The notes: a model not told the origin generated them from the letters alone. Positions 38,272-53,200 are shown, numbered from the stretch's first letter. The stretch: DNA of 64,000 bases from Pocillopora damicornis (GCF_003704095.1 NW_020845054.1:124001-188000); one strand, 5' to 3'. Program-made: numbers and translations.

Positions 38272-41200
38272 GGTACAGTCGTGTTTCTTCCACTCCGAAA
38301 CGATTGTCAACCTTCTTCGAAGGGCTGAAGGCTTTTGATCCGATAGTTGACTTATCGCGAAAGGCAGTGGAGTGTTAATAACTATTCAAAATGTTTAAAT
38401 GATTCAATGCTCATTTGCAAGGCTAAATCAACCGCCGTCCAATCAAGTATGATGCACGTAAAAAGGGTAACATGAACTTGTGGACCATGAAGGGTGACGT
38501 ACGACGAAACAGGAACTTAAAAAGTAAATGTTTTCTTTCTCACGTTCCATGCCTCGAGTGCTGTTTTAAGCCTTACTAGACACAAATTCCTCACTGAGAT
38601 ACCCATGGGAACGAAACAGTGGTAATTTATTCCGTGGACACTTTCGTAACCCCTAAGAAAAAACAAATAAATAAATTCTGCTATCTAGAGGTTTGTTTAG
38701 GAACCTGCCCACGTACGACTTCATAATGGGGAAGGGGGTATATGTTTTATCATAGATATTGAATATCCATTTTCACTGTTACCTTAATTATTCCACCCCC
38801 AATCTTGTTGAATCTAAATCTCTCTGGCCATGTGTAATAGCGCAGAAATATCTGTTACTGAATTGGCAGCTTTCCTTTCCAGTTAACGCTAGGAAACTAT
38901 CAAATGTTTTCGCACCTTCCTGCGCGCACTATCAATAAAAATTTTTGCTTCCCTCGACTCATCTTTTCCATTCTTAACATCGTCAAGTTAAACAGGTGTT
39001 CTACTGGTCATTAACACGAGAATTGCTTTGATGAACTTTTATGCTCTCATCCTAAGTTATATGCGCATCTGAATCAAACCACGCTTAGAGTTTCATAAGA
39101 TTCTGCATTCTAGTGAAAAAGATAGTTCTTTGGTTTCAATGGTTGGGTTCTCGGTGACTAAAATTTGTCGTAGGAGTGTAAATGGTGCAAAAGTTAACGA
39201 GAGCTAACTAGACAAAAATCATGTGATACTATTTTTTTTTTTAAAAACGAACAAATATTATTCTGCGTTAAATTTTTAGATAAATAACATAAGCAGTGTT
39301 CAGTGTCAAACGAAGTTAAATCACAGAATTACGACCCCATTTTATCGCGTCTGTCACGACTTTAGAAGTATAAAAAGGTTTTTATATACAAAATTCATGA
39401 CTCTACTAAGTGAACTTAAAAAAGCCATTCCCTTTCCTGCCCGAAACTGTTTGGTAAATAATGTCATACATGTGTGTCTTTAACAGTCTCTTAAAAGAGG
39501 ATCTTTTAAAAATTTGGGAAGCATTGCTTCTGAGGCGAATTTATGTGATACGTGTTAGAAAACTGAAGACAGAGGCTAAGATAACTCATGCGATGGTGCC
39601 TCCGGGTTGACTAATCACTTTATACTCGCGTTTGGGCAGATATTTTCAAACACTAAAACCTGAACCATTAAAACAGTAGAGTGAACACAGAAAGTGTTGA
39701 GTAAAGAACATTTAATAACCGGTAAAGTCAAACTTTTTTCTTTGTTAAAAACGTTACCAGTTGTTCTCGCAACAGAAGCTTACTTGCCGCGGGAAAACAA
39801 TAGATTACGACCTAATTGGTTGGCTTAGAGAGCTGCGTGTTTGGCGAATGACGCGGCCGCCTACGGAAAATGCTTGATCAAACAAACGTCTTTGTGGAGG
39901 GGAAGTTTTTCAGTTTCAGTAAAAATTAGTTTGAGATAAGAAATGGCGGGAAAAGCCCCCACGCCATGCTGCCAGCTGATCGCTCTCGCGCAAATTAATT
40001 CAACTTCACAGCTTCCGTCATCCTCTATAGAGCAAAGAGTCTTTTTTTGGAAATTTAAATTTTCAAAACTAAAACAAGAACAAGGAACAAGAACAAGGAA
40101 AATGTCATACAAGATGCGACACTGAGAACTAAACACCTCGGCAAGCCTCGTGGGTTCGTATCTATATTTAACTTGAGCGTGTTTAAAAAAATTTGCCTTG
40201 AAGTCTAGTTTTAATTCGTCTTTAATTTCCTTTTTTAAAAAGTGATCTCAATTTGAACGCAAGAAGGTCTAAAGCGGAGATGAAAATCCGACACAAATTT
40301 CCAATTTGCTGATGTTTTTTCCTTTTTGACCAGTTCAAGGTTCGTAGCTAAGCAAATAATTATAATAATAATAAAAAATAAAATTATCATTTAAAAAAAA
40401 ATAATTAAAATCGCATTTATTTGGTGCGTTGGGTTATTCTACTAAATTTTTAGCAAATAGGAGAAAAATTGAAATAACAATCCTTAATTTTAGCGGCAAT
40501 TTGATGCGTTTCGCTGAAGACTTCAAAGGCTAACGCATTTCTCATATAAGTTGTTAAGACCATATGTTGTTTTTTGTATTTCCTCTCTCGATTTATGACA
40601 AACTATCGATCCCAAAGGAGAAAAGAGAATCAAAATGTTTTGAAAATAGGGACACGTGTTTGTGTTTATCAGGTCGTCGGGTGAATGTTGCAGGAATAGG
40701 AATAAGATAAATGCTGTCCCATGATATATATACATGCAAAACCCAATATCTTACCACAAACGTGTAGTACTCTTTATCAAAGCAGTATAAAAAATAATCA
40801 AAATCAAATGAAAGTTTCAAGGTGACATTTGGAAGCCACAGTTACTTCTTGATTATTATACATCATATTTACACGATCTAAATCGCTCGTCATTTAACGT
40901 AGCATGTCCCCCAACCTCCCTTGAATAAAAATTTCTCCGAAGCGACTGAGAAAGATGTTGAACCATTGAATTCCGTCGATTAAAGGAACTCTGAGTTTCT
41001 TTTTCACCAGAATTTAGAAAATCACACTTTTGGTTATTGTAAATCGAGTGAGCTCAAGACGTTGAAAATGTTTGAACAAAATTAATATCAACAACAACGA
41101 CGGAGAAAGCAACTACAAGATTTGAAGCATGCCTTGTCAATGGTCTCTCCAGACAAACCTTATCACCCAGGCTTATAGTTTCCCGAATAGACACCGTTTC

Positions 41201-41490
41201 CCGTTCACAAAGATGAAACTTGGGATGTTGCACCCTGTTAGGGTTGAAATCTCTGCTCGCTGAAATTTTCCATATGAACAGAATAAAAAGACTCCGTTCC
41301 GCTCTTAGAATTCCTGTGAAAATATCCTTAATTTCACAGACAAATTTTGTGAAACAGTCCAGGATGAGGGTCAGTTTGCATTTTGAGCAAGACAGACAGC
41401 CCCTTTACAACACTGTGAAAGTAACCACCAAAAAGAACGTTGAAAAGTGGTTCAACCAACCACAATAAGACATGTCACAATCCCGCTTAA

Positions 41491-44400
41491 CTAGAAGACG
41501 AAACGATTGAAAGGGGTTGTAAATCCTGGCCCGCCTCCACAGCTCCCTGGGGGACCCTTGCTAGGGTCATCATCGTCGTCGTCAGGGGGCTGATGGAAGT
41601 TTGACCAAGCTTTTCGCTTAGCAGTGTTCATGGCTTGACGCTCTCGCTCCTGTAAAAAAGAAAAAAAAGATACAAAATCCTTATGACGAGTTTGTCCATC
41701 GCTGACTCGAAAATTTGTTTGCACTGTTTCTGGGCATTGTTTGGAAGACACGGTGGCTTAAGACTGGTTTTCATTAGCCACGAAGTTGAAGAAGTTAGAT
41801 AACGCAAGAGCATATCCGGCCTCGAGAAAATCGAAACCGGAGTTGTAAACAGAACAATATAAGTTTGAAGGTATTGGAGTCGGAAGAATCAGTACGGTTC
41901 TATTTCATTCCAATTCCGCTTAAGACCCAGTCGCATATGATCCAGTGAAGACGAGATTGTCGAAGTCGCAAGTAAAAGCAAAAGATCCAACCAATCACGA
42001 TGCGAGTTGTCAGGCCAACCGATGGCTTTTGACTCCTTCAATTTCGTCCGCAGAGTCACAAGCAGTATCGGTACTCTGCTTCTAAATCAGCTGGTTTGAT
42101 TTGCACCGGATCGTATCGCTCTACGCTTCTGACAACGACTCCGAGGCTGACGTTAATAAAACCAGCCTTAATTCACGAACCAGGGCAAGAGCCAACGCGC
42201 ATGTACGTGAATTGCCCCTCGCGTGTCTCGATCTTGCCTTCGACTCCAACGTTAGTAAAAAAACTAGCCTCAATACACCGCGCACTGTACTCCGGACCGA
42301 GAGGCGCGATTCACAAACGAGGGCAGGGGCAGATGCGTGCACGTGTGAATAGCCCCGCCTGCTTGCCTTCAAATCGTTAAAAATTGCGCCTGATCTGCAC
42401 GCAAATAAAGTTTGAAGTCAAACAAGTTAGATTGACTCACCTGCAAGTATAAGAGGTTATCGCGATTGACCATGTCCGCCAGCTCCTGCCTGATCTCACC
42501 GCCAACCAAATTATCTTGCACAGAATCACCACTGTTTTCTACGGGAATGACTGCAGCACGAAAAGAGCTGACTCGTTTATAGATCAACACATACGGAGTA
42601 TCCTTAGGGAAACGCTTCGATACATCAGCAAACGAACTGAACGCCGAGTAAGACACGCGACTGTCATTAAACAGATACCACGTGTCTTGATCATCGGTTC
42701 TAGAACTTGAACTCTTGTCGCTTTCTCCTCCGATCAAATGCACGCTAGATCGTGCATAGCAGTAATAATGTCCACTCTCCGATGACGTCCCGGAGTGAAC
42801 GATAACCGAACACAGCGCGTAAACAATATCTGCTGTGAATGTTTCCTCGCTTAAAGACAACGAATTATCGCTGCTAGAGCTGTCAACGACATTGTCATGC
42901 TCTTGCTTTGTCCTTTTAGACTTGAAACAAGAGTGGCTGACGATTTCATCGTTCTTACTGTCATTAACATCTGGGACGCTGTTTCTCGCCTCTCTTTCTA
43001 TCTTATCATCACCTCCTTTGAGGTGAATTCGCGGTAATCTTAAAACTGTAGGATAAGACACACTTTGTAGTATCTTCGACCTTTGTTGGGTCTTCACATT
43101 GTAAGCGAACCTCTTCAGAGTCAACACGAGGAATTCTGAGGCCTTGGAAATGCTAACGGTACGTTCAGCATCCTGTAAACTGTGACAATGCTCGCAATGA
43201 TATTGATTAGATCCTTCAAGAATTTCAGGTTCAAAAAAGTACTTCAACATCTCTGTTAGTGATATGTGTGGAGCATCAGCTCGAACGCCAGGCTCGCGAA
43301 ATTTCGACGAAACACTCGAACCAGCTGAAAAAGGCATTGAGCTCTCTGCTGAGGTCGAACTGTGTGATGAACTTGGAGCCACAGCGTCGCTATCTTCAAC
43401 TGACTTTTGCGCTAAGCCGGTGGCAGACACATTGTGAGTAATATCACCACCTTTCAGACTTCTATCGGAGCTCACAGTTGAATTCACAGGTTTTTCGTCA
43501 TGTTCGATCGGTTGTTTATCATCTGACGTCAGTCCATCGAGCTGCTCGGAGAACATCCTTCTCTCTAACTCACCAGCCTGTGGAAAAGCCAGTGGTAGGT
43601 CTGTGAACACTTCCTCTCTGCAAGAAGTGTTATTACACCTCCTACAGCACAGGCACACCGTCAGCTTTCCAGTAAAGGTCTCTTCTACGAGCGAGGTCCT
43701 TGGCGACCCTTCGTCGTTGCTGTTGTTTTGTGATTTTTCCTCCTCGCTAAGTCTGTCAAGAAGAAACTTGAGAAATTCTGAGCAGTCTTGCTGGGTCCCC
43801 TGTGCAAACCACGGAGGTCTCGCTACATGAAGGAACTTCGACGGGGCAAAGGCAGATCTCTGTAAAAATAAAAATAAAACAAAACAAAACAAGAACAAGG
43901 ATTGCGTCAAATTAATATTCTGTCCAAATTCATTAAAATAATCGGGACCGCCATGGAGCCAATCCAGAACTCTTCAACCAGAGTCTAGCACGTTATTATC
44001 TTGGCTCGATTTGAGTTGGTTTTGAGTTTCTTGACTCGATTTGGTTGATTTTCCAGTTCTCCTTTGGGCCTTAAATCCTCGCGAGAAAGAAAGAAACAAT
44101 AAAACAACAACAACAAACATAAAACTAATGACTTTAAATATATGAAAAATCACTATGCAGTTCACATATATAGCATATATGCGAACTGCGGATAAAGAAA
44201 TGCTACTTAAGCAGTAGCGAACATAAAGAAAAAAAACCTGAAAAATTGCTTCTCTATTAGTGTTCATTACTGCGAAGATCGTTTCCATGTTCAAACCCTT
44301 ACAAAGGATAATCCTCCAACTAAATTCTAGTATTTTACTACAAGCACATGTTGCGGGAGATTTTACCTGTGTTAGAGAGAGGAAGGCAAACACTTGTTGC

Positions 44401-47400
44401 AGGTGATGCAAGACAGGTTGATTATGATCGCTGTGATGGCCGAATATCATGAAACGGAACCTGCAAATACAGATCCGTTTTACCTTATCTCTTTGATCAA
44501 TTACTTCTGAGCATCAGACTTTCAAGGGTGATATGCTTAGGAATTAAATTTAAAAAAATAATCACAACTCCCTAATTTTGAAACTAAGTACAGTCATTCG
44601 AAACCTTTGAATTAAATGAATTTTGTTCCTTCTTTTTTACTTATAGGGCGGTACGCTTCACGTTTTGGCAAAATAAATCCTTAAATTCAATTTACGTTTT
44701 TCAGCTCCTCTCCAAGCCTCTACAGAATCTTTCTCACAAAATTAAGAGCATTTGGCATACATTGTATCTCAGCAATGAATTTCAACTTTGTTGAGCCTCT
44801 TCCCAAAATTGTTCTGACAATTGTCATTATTGGCATAGCAACACCTGAGGTTCAAGCCCTCTGCCCTCCTACTCACTGGATTTTTTCTCAGTTGTCCCGA
44901 GTGCAGTTTCTTGGCTAAGCTTTGTATACAGCCAGCTGGTCTGTATCCCGCCAGTTGGGGTTTTTAAACACTAAATTTATTTACAATGTTTTAATGTACT
45001 TGTAATGTCCTTGTTAAGACCTGTTGGGGGATTGGTCAGTTAACTGTACATACATACAAACGTACAAGTGATCATGACATTGACAACTTACTCGTCAAGC
45101 ATGTAGAGTGCCTGTAACACACTGTTCATGTAACAAGTGTTGCCTAGGTTAGCTAAGCCAGTTTTTCCCGTTTCTGATTTTGGTGCAAAGCCAGGAAGTG
45201 GAATATTGACAGCTTGTGCAGACCAAGCACTTTGAGCTAGCCACTTCTTGATCATCACCTCTGAAGGTTTAGGTAAATCCTGGTAAAAAGAAGGTCATGC
45301 ATAGATAGTATACATAAAAAAAAGGATGAGAATGCAAGAGCGATAAATTCAGAAAGAAGTAACAATCAAAAGTACAAAAGGGTACAGCTTATTGGAACAT
45401 TATTAGTTACTCTGACCACAAATTACACTGATTTCCATACAAGTAGCTGCAAAGTTTAATCTGGTTTCTGTGAAATGGAGCACTTGGTTTCTTGCTACTC
45501 AGATAGGATACTAATCTGTTGTTGGTTATTCCTCCCCCCATGAATTTTATCAGTTCATTGTTGGTTACACCTCCCCCACTCTACATTTTAGCAAGTATTC
45601 CAAACAGCTACTTCTGGAGAAGGCAGGGTGCTGTGACCCTTGTAAGGGCTCCAAACTGTACATCTCCACATGGAATCCAGCAAACTAAAACTAATCAATC
45701 AATAGACTTTATCTTAAGAGGGGAGCATGTGAACTGATGAACTTGTGGCCCTCTCTAAGATAGAACTTAAAATATAAAAATGAACAATGATCTACATTAG
45801 AAATGTTACATACTGCAAAATGAAATAAAAAATAACTATAGGTTATACATCTCTCTATATATACATACAATATTATTTAGTGTTTTTCTAAAAAGGAAAT
45901 CAGTAAATTGTTTTAATAAATAAAGAAACTAAGATGGCGTGCTGAAGTTGTTATTTTCTTTCTGTCTTTCTAAAAGAGTGTTTATCAATTCCTTTTATAA
46001 ACTTGTAGTGTCCTTAGCTAATATTAGTACATCTCCCACCAGCTTGTTAGATTTCCAAAACAATACCTGTAGACAGTCAACAACTGGTCCATACAGTTCA
46101 GGAAACCCTGTATGTTGGTACATTAGACAGTGCATAAGTTCAGCAAGTGTTTGTAAATTAGTTTGTGAGGAACCACTGTTTTCCTTCTTTAGAGTCTGCA
46201 CAAGGCTGGGTACTAAAACAACAATCTGAAAAAAAAAACCACAAAACAAAACAAAAAACAAGCAATTGTTTGACTTTTTCAGATTAACTTTGTAGAGAAT
46301 AGACACTTCGTTCTTGGATTCTTTGTTATAAAATGAAAAAAAGCCACATATTCCAGCAGACGGGTCCAGACAATGACAAGTTATTCCCCTAAGCTAGAAA
46401 CACTATGATATGTTAAGAGAAACGTTGATCATTTGGTATACATCCTGACACTAAAACACTCAGTAGAATAGTCACTTGTTCAACTTGAAAAAAGGGAATG
46501 CAGACAGGCACATAAGTGTACATATAAGGCTAACTCAATTATCTCCAAAAGCTTCTTTATATGAGGATTACTGGTCTTTTTTTGGACACTGGTCCACCAC
46601 AGGCTACTATGGCATTTAGTCACAGTTTCCCTGACAGTTTCCGTACTGGCCTGGGTAGAGAGAATCAATGTGAGAGCTAAGTGTCTTTCCCAGCGACAAA
46701 ATGCTGACTCTGGCCACAACTCAAACCCAGACCTCTCAATTAGTAACCCAGCAATGTAATCATTAAGCAAATTTGTCTCCCATGGAATTACTTAATAAGA
46801 GAATAATCTAACTGAAGAGCATAAAATCTAGTGACTAAACTAATGTCATATGAGGAAATTTGACTCAAAGCTTTGTCTTTGCTTTTTCCTGTTATACCAA
46901 CCCAGAAACAGAAATCTTTACCTCATGAAATGCTTGAGGAGAGTGTTGAAAGCTCAGCAACATATGAGAGAGGACAACCATAGTACTTCCACGGACAATG
47001 GGGAACAACAAACGACTGAAAACCTGCAGAAAAACAAAATAAAAGAATATCACTATTAACAAGAGTCATGTTACAGAGTCCCAAAAAACGAGTCCATGGA
47101 AAGCTGGTCAGCTCTCAAAATAAATAAACGTGGTGAATTATGCAAGCAGATTTTGGTGCCCAACAGAACCCACTTTTTGTTGACTATGTGTGTCATAAAA
47201 TGCTCAAAATTTTCAGTTGATATACTTAGATTAGCCAAAGCAACTTTTGGGATAAAGAGTGAGGCAGAGGAAGAAAAAACAAAACTGCAATGTTACTGAA
47301 AACAAATATGAAACTGAGATTGAAACAGAATTGAGCTCAACTAAAAACCATGGATGAAATAGAATGACAACTCATAGACTACTGTCTTTGACATTAAATT

Positions 47401-48635
47401 AGAACCCTGTTAATATGACCACCACTGTCCCTCTGTCCTTTACCTCCCAAGATCTGATTATTAATTCTCCCTTCTAGTTGCTACACATTTTCTTGTAAAT
47501 TAGATATTATACAGTATTATAGGGAAAATTTACATGTTAATCACTTCTGGGAGCTTAAGGGTTAAGGCTTAACAGGGTTGAACGGTGAGGAAACCCAAAG
47601 TGATTGTATTGATAAAATTCTGGGTATAAAGCTGGCTTCCACCCCTCTCACAAATTATAGGTTTAAAAAAAAGCAGTGAAATCTTGCTCAGGACAGGCAT
47701 CTTACCTGGGACACTTCCTTAAGTGTAACAGAAATGAGAATGGAATGTTTCCCATTGCTTGCCAAAGCCTTTAAAAACCCAATAATCCATTGATCAACCT
47801 TTTTTGCTCCAGGCCATGACAACCATTTGATCATTCGCGTAAGGGAATGAGCTAGGCTCTCATCACTAAGTAAAGGGTTTGAAGCTGCAAGGTTAGTTGC
47901 AGAGTCTATTGTATCAGTGGAAAAATACTGCACAACAGAAGCAAGTGCTACTGATGGACTGTCTCCTACTTTGGAAATAATCTTAAAAATCTCCGTTAAA
48001 ACTGGAAAGAGCAGGGCTTGATTCTTTGTCCACATCTTGTTTAAGAGAGCCCCAATGACTGCACCATTTTGAATGCATGCTGTCATTTCTTCTTTTGAAG
48101 TTTTAGGCAGCTCAGTTTTGCTTAAAGCTCTAAGCAGTGACAAGTTAAACTGGATTAGATTTTCGCCAACCGGCCAACAGTGGTTATACTCGATGAGCAA
48201 ACGTCCCACAGCCGCACAAAAGTCCGTGTTTAAATTCTTTTCCGCCCAGATATGAGCCCTGTGGCGAATTACTGTGTACATTGAAAATATCTGTGGTGCG
48301 TGTTGAACGAGATCAAGGGAGGTGCGTAGATAATCCACAAAACTCACTGATAAATTTTCGCGTTCAGCAAGAAAAGATAGGAGAAAGCTTTCTGTGAAAA
48401 ACTTTTGAAATACATCCTTTTGGCGTTTAGCCCACGTGGTGAGCAATAGTCGACCAGTTTCTTTCAAAAATTGCGAGTTTTCATCTGTCATCCATTCAGT
48501 TCCAATTTCAAAGATAGATCTGTTTTGATCCTCTGGGACATTTCCATTGAGTTTTGAGACCAGCTGTTGAATAAGAGACTTCTTGACGCTTTCAGTGTGA
48601 TCTGAACTTACGATTCCTCTCAGTATTTGGTCCAT
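41491..48635 (-). CDS. USP38: Ubiquitin carboxyl-terminal hydrolase USP38/USP35 ortholog; exons 48635-47706, 47023-46922, 46225-46067, 45279-45092, 44460-44367, 43859-42441, 41649-41491
   Basis: N-terminus MDQILRGIVSSDH, HEAT-like region (WLSWP, FQHSPQAFH), Cys box GLANLGNTCYMNSVLQAL, QQDCSEFL, His box HSGTSSESGHYY, FNDSRVS, C-terminal DDDD...PPGSCGGG...NRFVF. Confidence 0.92.
41758..42171. mobile_element. Non-autonomous DNA transposon (Harbinger-like ends) in the last USP intron
   Basis: ttaagactggttttcattag at the left and ttaataaaaccagccttaa at the right are inverted. A second degenerate right end lies near 42241-42275. Confidence 0.55.
44830..45066 (+). mobile_element. tRNA-derived SINE with L2-like 3' tail
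   Basis: B-box-like gaggttcaagccc, body cagccagctggtctgtatcccgccagttgggg, tail ggggattggtcagttaa followed by (taca)n. Confidence 0.45.
46570..46790 (-). mobile_element. tRNA-head CORE-type SINE
   Basis: Minus strand gagaggtctgggtttgagt (B-box-like), then ctgggaaagacacttagctctcacattgattctctctacccagg (CORE-like). Confidence 0.5.
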
Positions 48636-50238
48636 GATGGCGCAAAAAACAAGTTTAAAAATAGCATTTGTTGATGAACCTTCGTCGTTTTAATTTTAGT
48701 TCTAACTACATACCCGGATGTAACGCGGTCAAGAGGTCTGGGAGTGCAACACAAAGTCACCAGCTTGTCCCCCAGTGTACCCTAGTCGGGATTGGGGACA
48801 TTGGGGCGATTGACATTAATTAATTGTTTTTTGTTTCTGTATGCATATGCTTTCTTCTAGAGAACATCAGCTGATTTTGGTTATCTGCTCTCATTGCCTT
48901 TAAAAGACCTTTAAAATCATTACGGTCATCAGTGTTTTTAACGAAATACCCACTGTGTCTTTCTCAACAGACGGCGCTTACACAGTTTTATCGTTTTTTC
49001 CCGTCGGGATGTAGCTAATGTCTCGAATTAAAGATCTTCCGACATCTCGCAAATAGGTCAATATCAGCGAAGCCTAATTAATCTTAAGTTACCTCTCCCA
49101 AAAGTATCGTATTTCTCAGAAAAAAAGATAAGCATGCAATTCCGAAAAATAACTCTGATTTATTGCGAAAATTTTGCACCAATCTTAAAATAAACTCTTT
49201 ATTTGTAAAAATATATCCATTGAACTTCATATGTACAGAGAATCTAAAGATAAACTGAACTTGTTTAAGAACAATATCTTCCTCTTCATATGGTCATTTA
49301 AAATTGCAAATATCGGATTAGAACTATTCTGATTGAATGCTTTTCCCCATTTTCTGTGATATCCACTTCATTTCCGACTATCAAATGTGGCGCCAGAAAA
49401 TCGGGCTCAATGAAGTCTTTGCTGATAAAATAAGTACTCAGATCAAAGCATCTGAAGAGCTCTTTAAAATCACCCTCATAATTATCTTTTATGTACACTT
49501 CTCGAAGCTTCAACGATTCGATGTTCTTAGACGCGGGAAAATTCATCAGGGATTTGTTTTCCTTTCAAGAAAACAAAACAGATTTAGGACACCCTCGTGT
49601 TTTGAATAAAAGCCCAGGTTTCAGAGTGAATAGTTTAGGACAATATTTACAAATCAACACCCTTAAACCTATTTGTGTACATCGCTTGCAAGAGCTTTGT
49701 GGTCTTTTGTATAAGCAAGGTCGCAACTAATTAACCAATCGCATTTCTAGTTTTAAAATTAACTTTTCAATCATGACGCTTCCACGGTGTCCGATTCCTA
49801 TTATCCCATGATTGTTAACAAACCCCCAAGAAGAACAAGAGCATGTAAAACTTGTCTTATGGCACCCCTCGTGGTATTCTCGAGCTAAAAATATTTGCCA
49901 CGACAGCGTTAATTAGCTAGCAAAGAAGCAAGTTTGTTCATTTTGAACTGACTTAGCGAAGGCAAACAGCGATTATCCGTGGAGAACATGCCTGGGGCCA
50001 ATATCTGGCGCACTGGGGCAGAACAGTAAATGACAACTTATCAAGAACACGTCAAATTTTCATACAATATAAATCGATATCAGTTCCCAGGGGACCCGGT
50101 TCGAGCAAAAAAAAACCGTGGAACTAAATGGAATTTTGGACGTTGACAATGTCTTCTGGCTTTACTCTACTTTTGAAACATGTTTAACATTCTTTGACAA
50201 GTAGTGTTGTTTTGAGGGACGAGAACGAGAAGCGAATC

Positions 50239-53200
50239 ATGGCGCGGAATGGCCGCGATTGTAGAACGTTCTACTGTCGAGAATGGGTGTTTGAAAAAAT
50301 TCAAACTTGTGTTGAACGAAGGAAGCAACAAGAAGATACTAAAACGAAAGGGGCTTTTATTTTAGGAGGACCTGGCTCGGGAAAAACGACAATTTTACGC
50401 GAACTTGTGTCTCCGACAACTAAAGAAGGTGTTCAAACGGAGTTGGTAAAGAAAGTTGTTGCTTCTCATTTCTGCCAAGCCCAAAATGCAATTTCTGTTT
50501 CTGTAGCAGACTTCATCTTAAATCTCGCCAGGCAACTCGCTAAAGCAGAGGAGCTGAAGGCATACGCTGCCAAATTCAACGACCCCCAGATTCAAAATCA
50601 CCTCAAAAGTGAACAGTGTATTCGAAATCCAGATCGTTCTTTTAAAGAAGGTATACTACTGCCTCTTAATTCGCTTCCACCGCCTCAGGAAATCTTCTTG
50701 GTCGTGGTGGACGCCATCGATGAATCTTACCTACATTCTTTCGATTCCGGTGTTGCATCTGGCAGCCGAACTGTTGCTGAGTTAATGGCCACACACCACG
50801 ATCTACTCCCCCCTTGGCTCTTTCTGGTGGTCAGTGCAAGAAAGCAATCGAAAACAGTCACTAGGATGTTTACAGGATTTCGAAAGTTCACTTTAGACGA
50901 TCTTCGGAAAGCACATGTGGTTAAGGACATTCAACAGTACATTTTGAATCGCTTAGACGACGAGCCCAGTTTAAGGAAACATTTAACCAGGGAAACGGCA
51001 GAAGCATTTAACCAGCTTCACATCAAAAGCAATGGTTGTCTTCTTTATTTGGAAAAATTGTTGGATGGAGTGGTCGATGAATTTTTCACCTTGGATGAGA
51101 CCCAGGACATTCCAGGCACACTGTCTGGTCTGTACCTGTGGCTGTGTAATAGGTTATTCACAGAGGAACAAGTCGACAAGATCAGGTCGGTCTTGAATGT
51201 TATTTTAGCTGCTCAAAGGCCTTTAACTGACTCTGAAATGTTCCATGCAGTGTGGACAAAAGACACAGATCTAACTGTGGAAGACTTTTTGGAAACACTT
51301 GACTTGATGTCACATCACATTCTCATGGATGACAATGGTGTTAAAAGCATATCCCATCTGTCCTTTGCTGAGTGGCTCTTGGATGCAAAGCACTGCACGC
51401 CAAAGTTTCTTTGCAACCCAGGAGATGGGCATGCCATGCTAGCATTGCATTACACTCAACTCTCTCAGAAACAACAGCTGACTCATCCACACCAACTTGC
51501 ATTCCACTTGAGCCGTGCATCTTTTAGGGAGTTTTTCACACAAGACCACCTCGCTCTCTGGCTTCTGTGGAGTGGAACCCAAATCTCAGACATCCAACTC
51601 AACACAGATGCCCTGAATCAAGAGGTTGCCCGGCTGTTACTAAATGCTGGTGCCAAGGTAAATGAACTTGAAGAACAAGCTGCTTTGCTTCCCTTTGCAC
51701 CAGAGACAGAAGATTCTGTTAAAGCTCTGTTGGAGAAAGGAACATCTGTTGATCGTGTTGACAGTTCTGGTAGAACATTGCTATGCAATGCTGCATTCAA
51801 TGGCAGCGTTGATGTAGTACGGCTTCTTATTAAACATGGAGCAAATGTCAACTTTTCAGACACTTCTGGACAGTCTCCGCTAATGTTAGCATCAAGACAA
51901 GGGCATAATGAAATTGTGTACCTTCTTGTGAACTGTGGTGCATCAGTTAATCACTGTGCAGATGATGGATGCACTGCTTTGAGGGCTGCAGCCTCGGGTG
52001 GGCACACTGATGTTGTTTCTGTTCTTCTGGATCACTCTGCAGAAGTAGACTTGGCTGACGATGATAAACGCACTGCATTACGCGGTGCATCATGGGGTGG
52101 TCACAGCGATGTTGTATTACAACTACTTCAGCATGGGGCAAACCCTAATCTTACTGACAAAGAAGGAAGGACAGCATTAATTGCCGCAGCTTACATGGGT
52201 CACAAGAAAGTTGTAGAAATACTGCTGGATCATAAAGGAGAGATAAATCATGCCGACAATGATGGAAGAACTGCTTTAGCTGTAACGGTTCTTTGTGTTT
52301 CGTCTAGTGAGAATCATGAGGCTGTTGTTGACCTTCTTTTAAGGCGTGGTGCACGAGTTGATCATCCTGATTTTGATGGCTTAACGCCACTATGTGTTGC
52401 TGCTCTTGAGGGATACTTCAATGTTGCCAAGTTATTAGTCAAAGCTGGAGCAGACATAGGACACTGGGACAGAAATGGACGGACACCTCTGTTTGCAGCA
52501 GCTGCTAATGGTCATTGCAACATTGTAGATTTGTTTTTGGCAACTTCAGAAGGTTGGTTCTCTTTTCATTTACAGTAGAATCTTGTAACAGGTAGTATCT
52601 GTAGATATTTACCCTTATCTCTGTTACTATGGGTCTTTGAAAACCTTAATATTCTTGGAATCTGAGTTTGGATTATGGAAAGTCATGGAAATAAATGAAA
52701 ATTATATATTTTTGTGAAGAACAAAGAATAAATGCCTTTGTTAATTGATTTTTTCCTCTTGTTTTGGAACACATCGCTTGATTATAGGTAATGGAAATCA
52801 TCTAAAAGGTCCTGGGAAATTCAGATAAAATAAAAAACGCTTAATGTTTTATATGGCCATTGGATCTATGATTATGATTTAGATTACTTAAGCTGTTAAG
52901 GAAAAAGAAACATTTATCAATTTGATTGTTATTTCAGATAGGAAACCTGACCCTTCAACCTGGAGGTCACCAACATTTTCAATGTTCCGTCCAGATCATA
53001 GTGGTTGGGATCCATTGATGGTAGCTGCCAATCAAGGTAGTGTTTCCTTTATTAACCCTCTGACCCTTAGGGGTGATTAGCATTTAAATTCTCCTAACAA
53101 TATCATCCCTAAATTACACATTAAGGTTATGAGAAATAAGAAAATGACCACCAACCATATAAGCTCTTGATTGTTAAACAAATTCTTCTTGTCAGCACCT

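Noticed and set aside
40500-40545. gcgaaacgc hairpin resembling a hammerhead half
   Set aside because: No CUGANGA core upstream.
42096-42380. Overlapping GC-rich ORFs
   Set aside because: They lie in the last USP intron over transposon-derived ends.
49298-49546. 82-aa ORF between USP38 and ANKRD50 with an upstream AG acceptor
   Set aside because: No recognisable domain or linked exons. It could be a decayed exon, but I cannot support that without a search.
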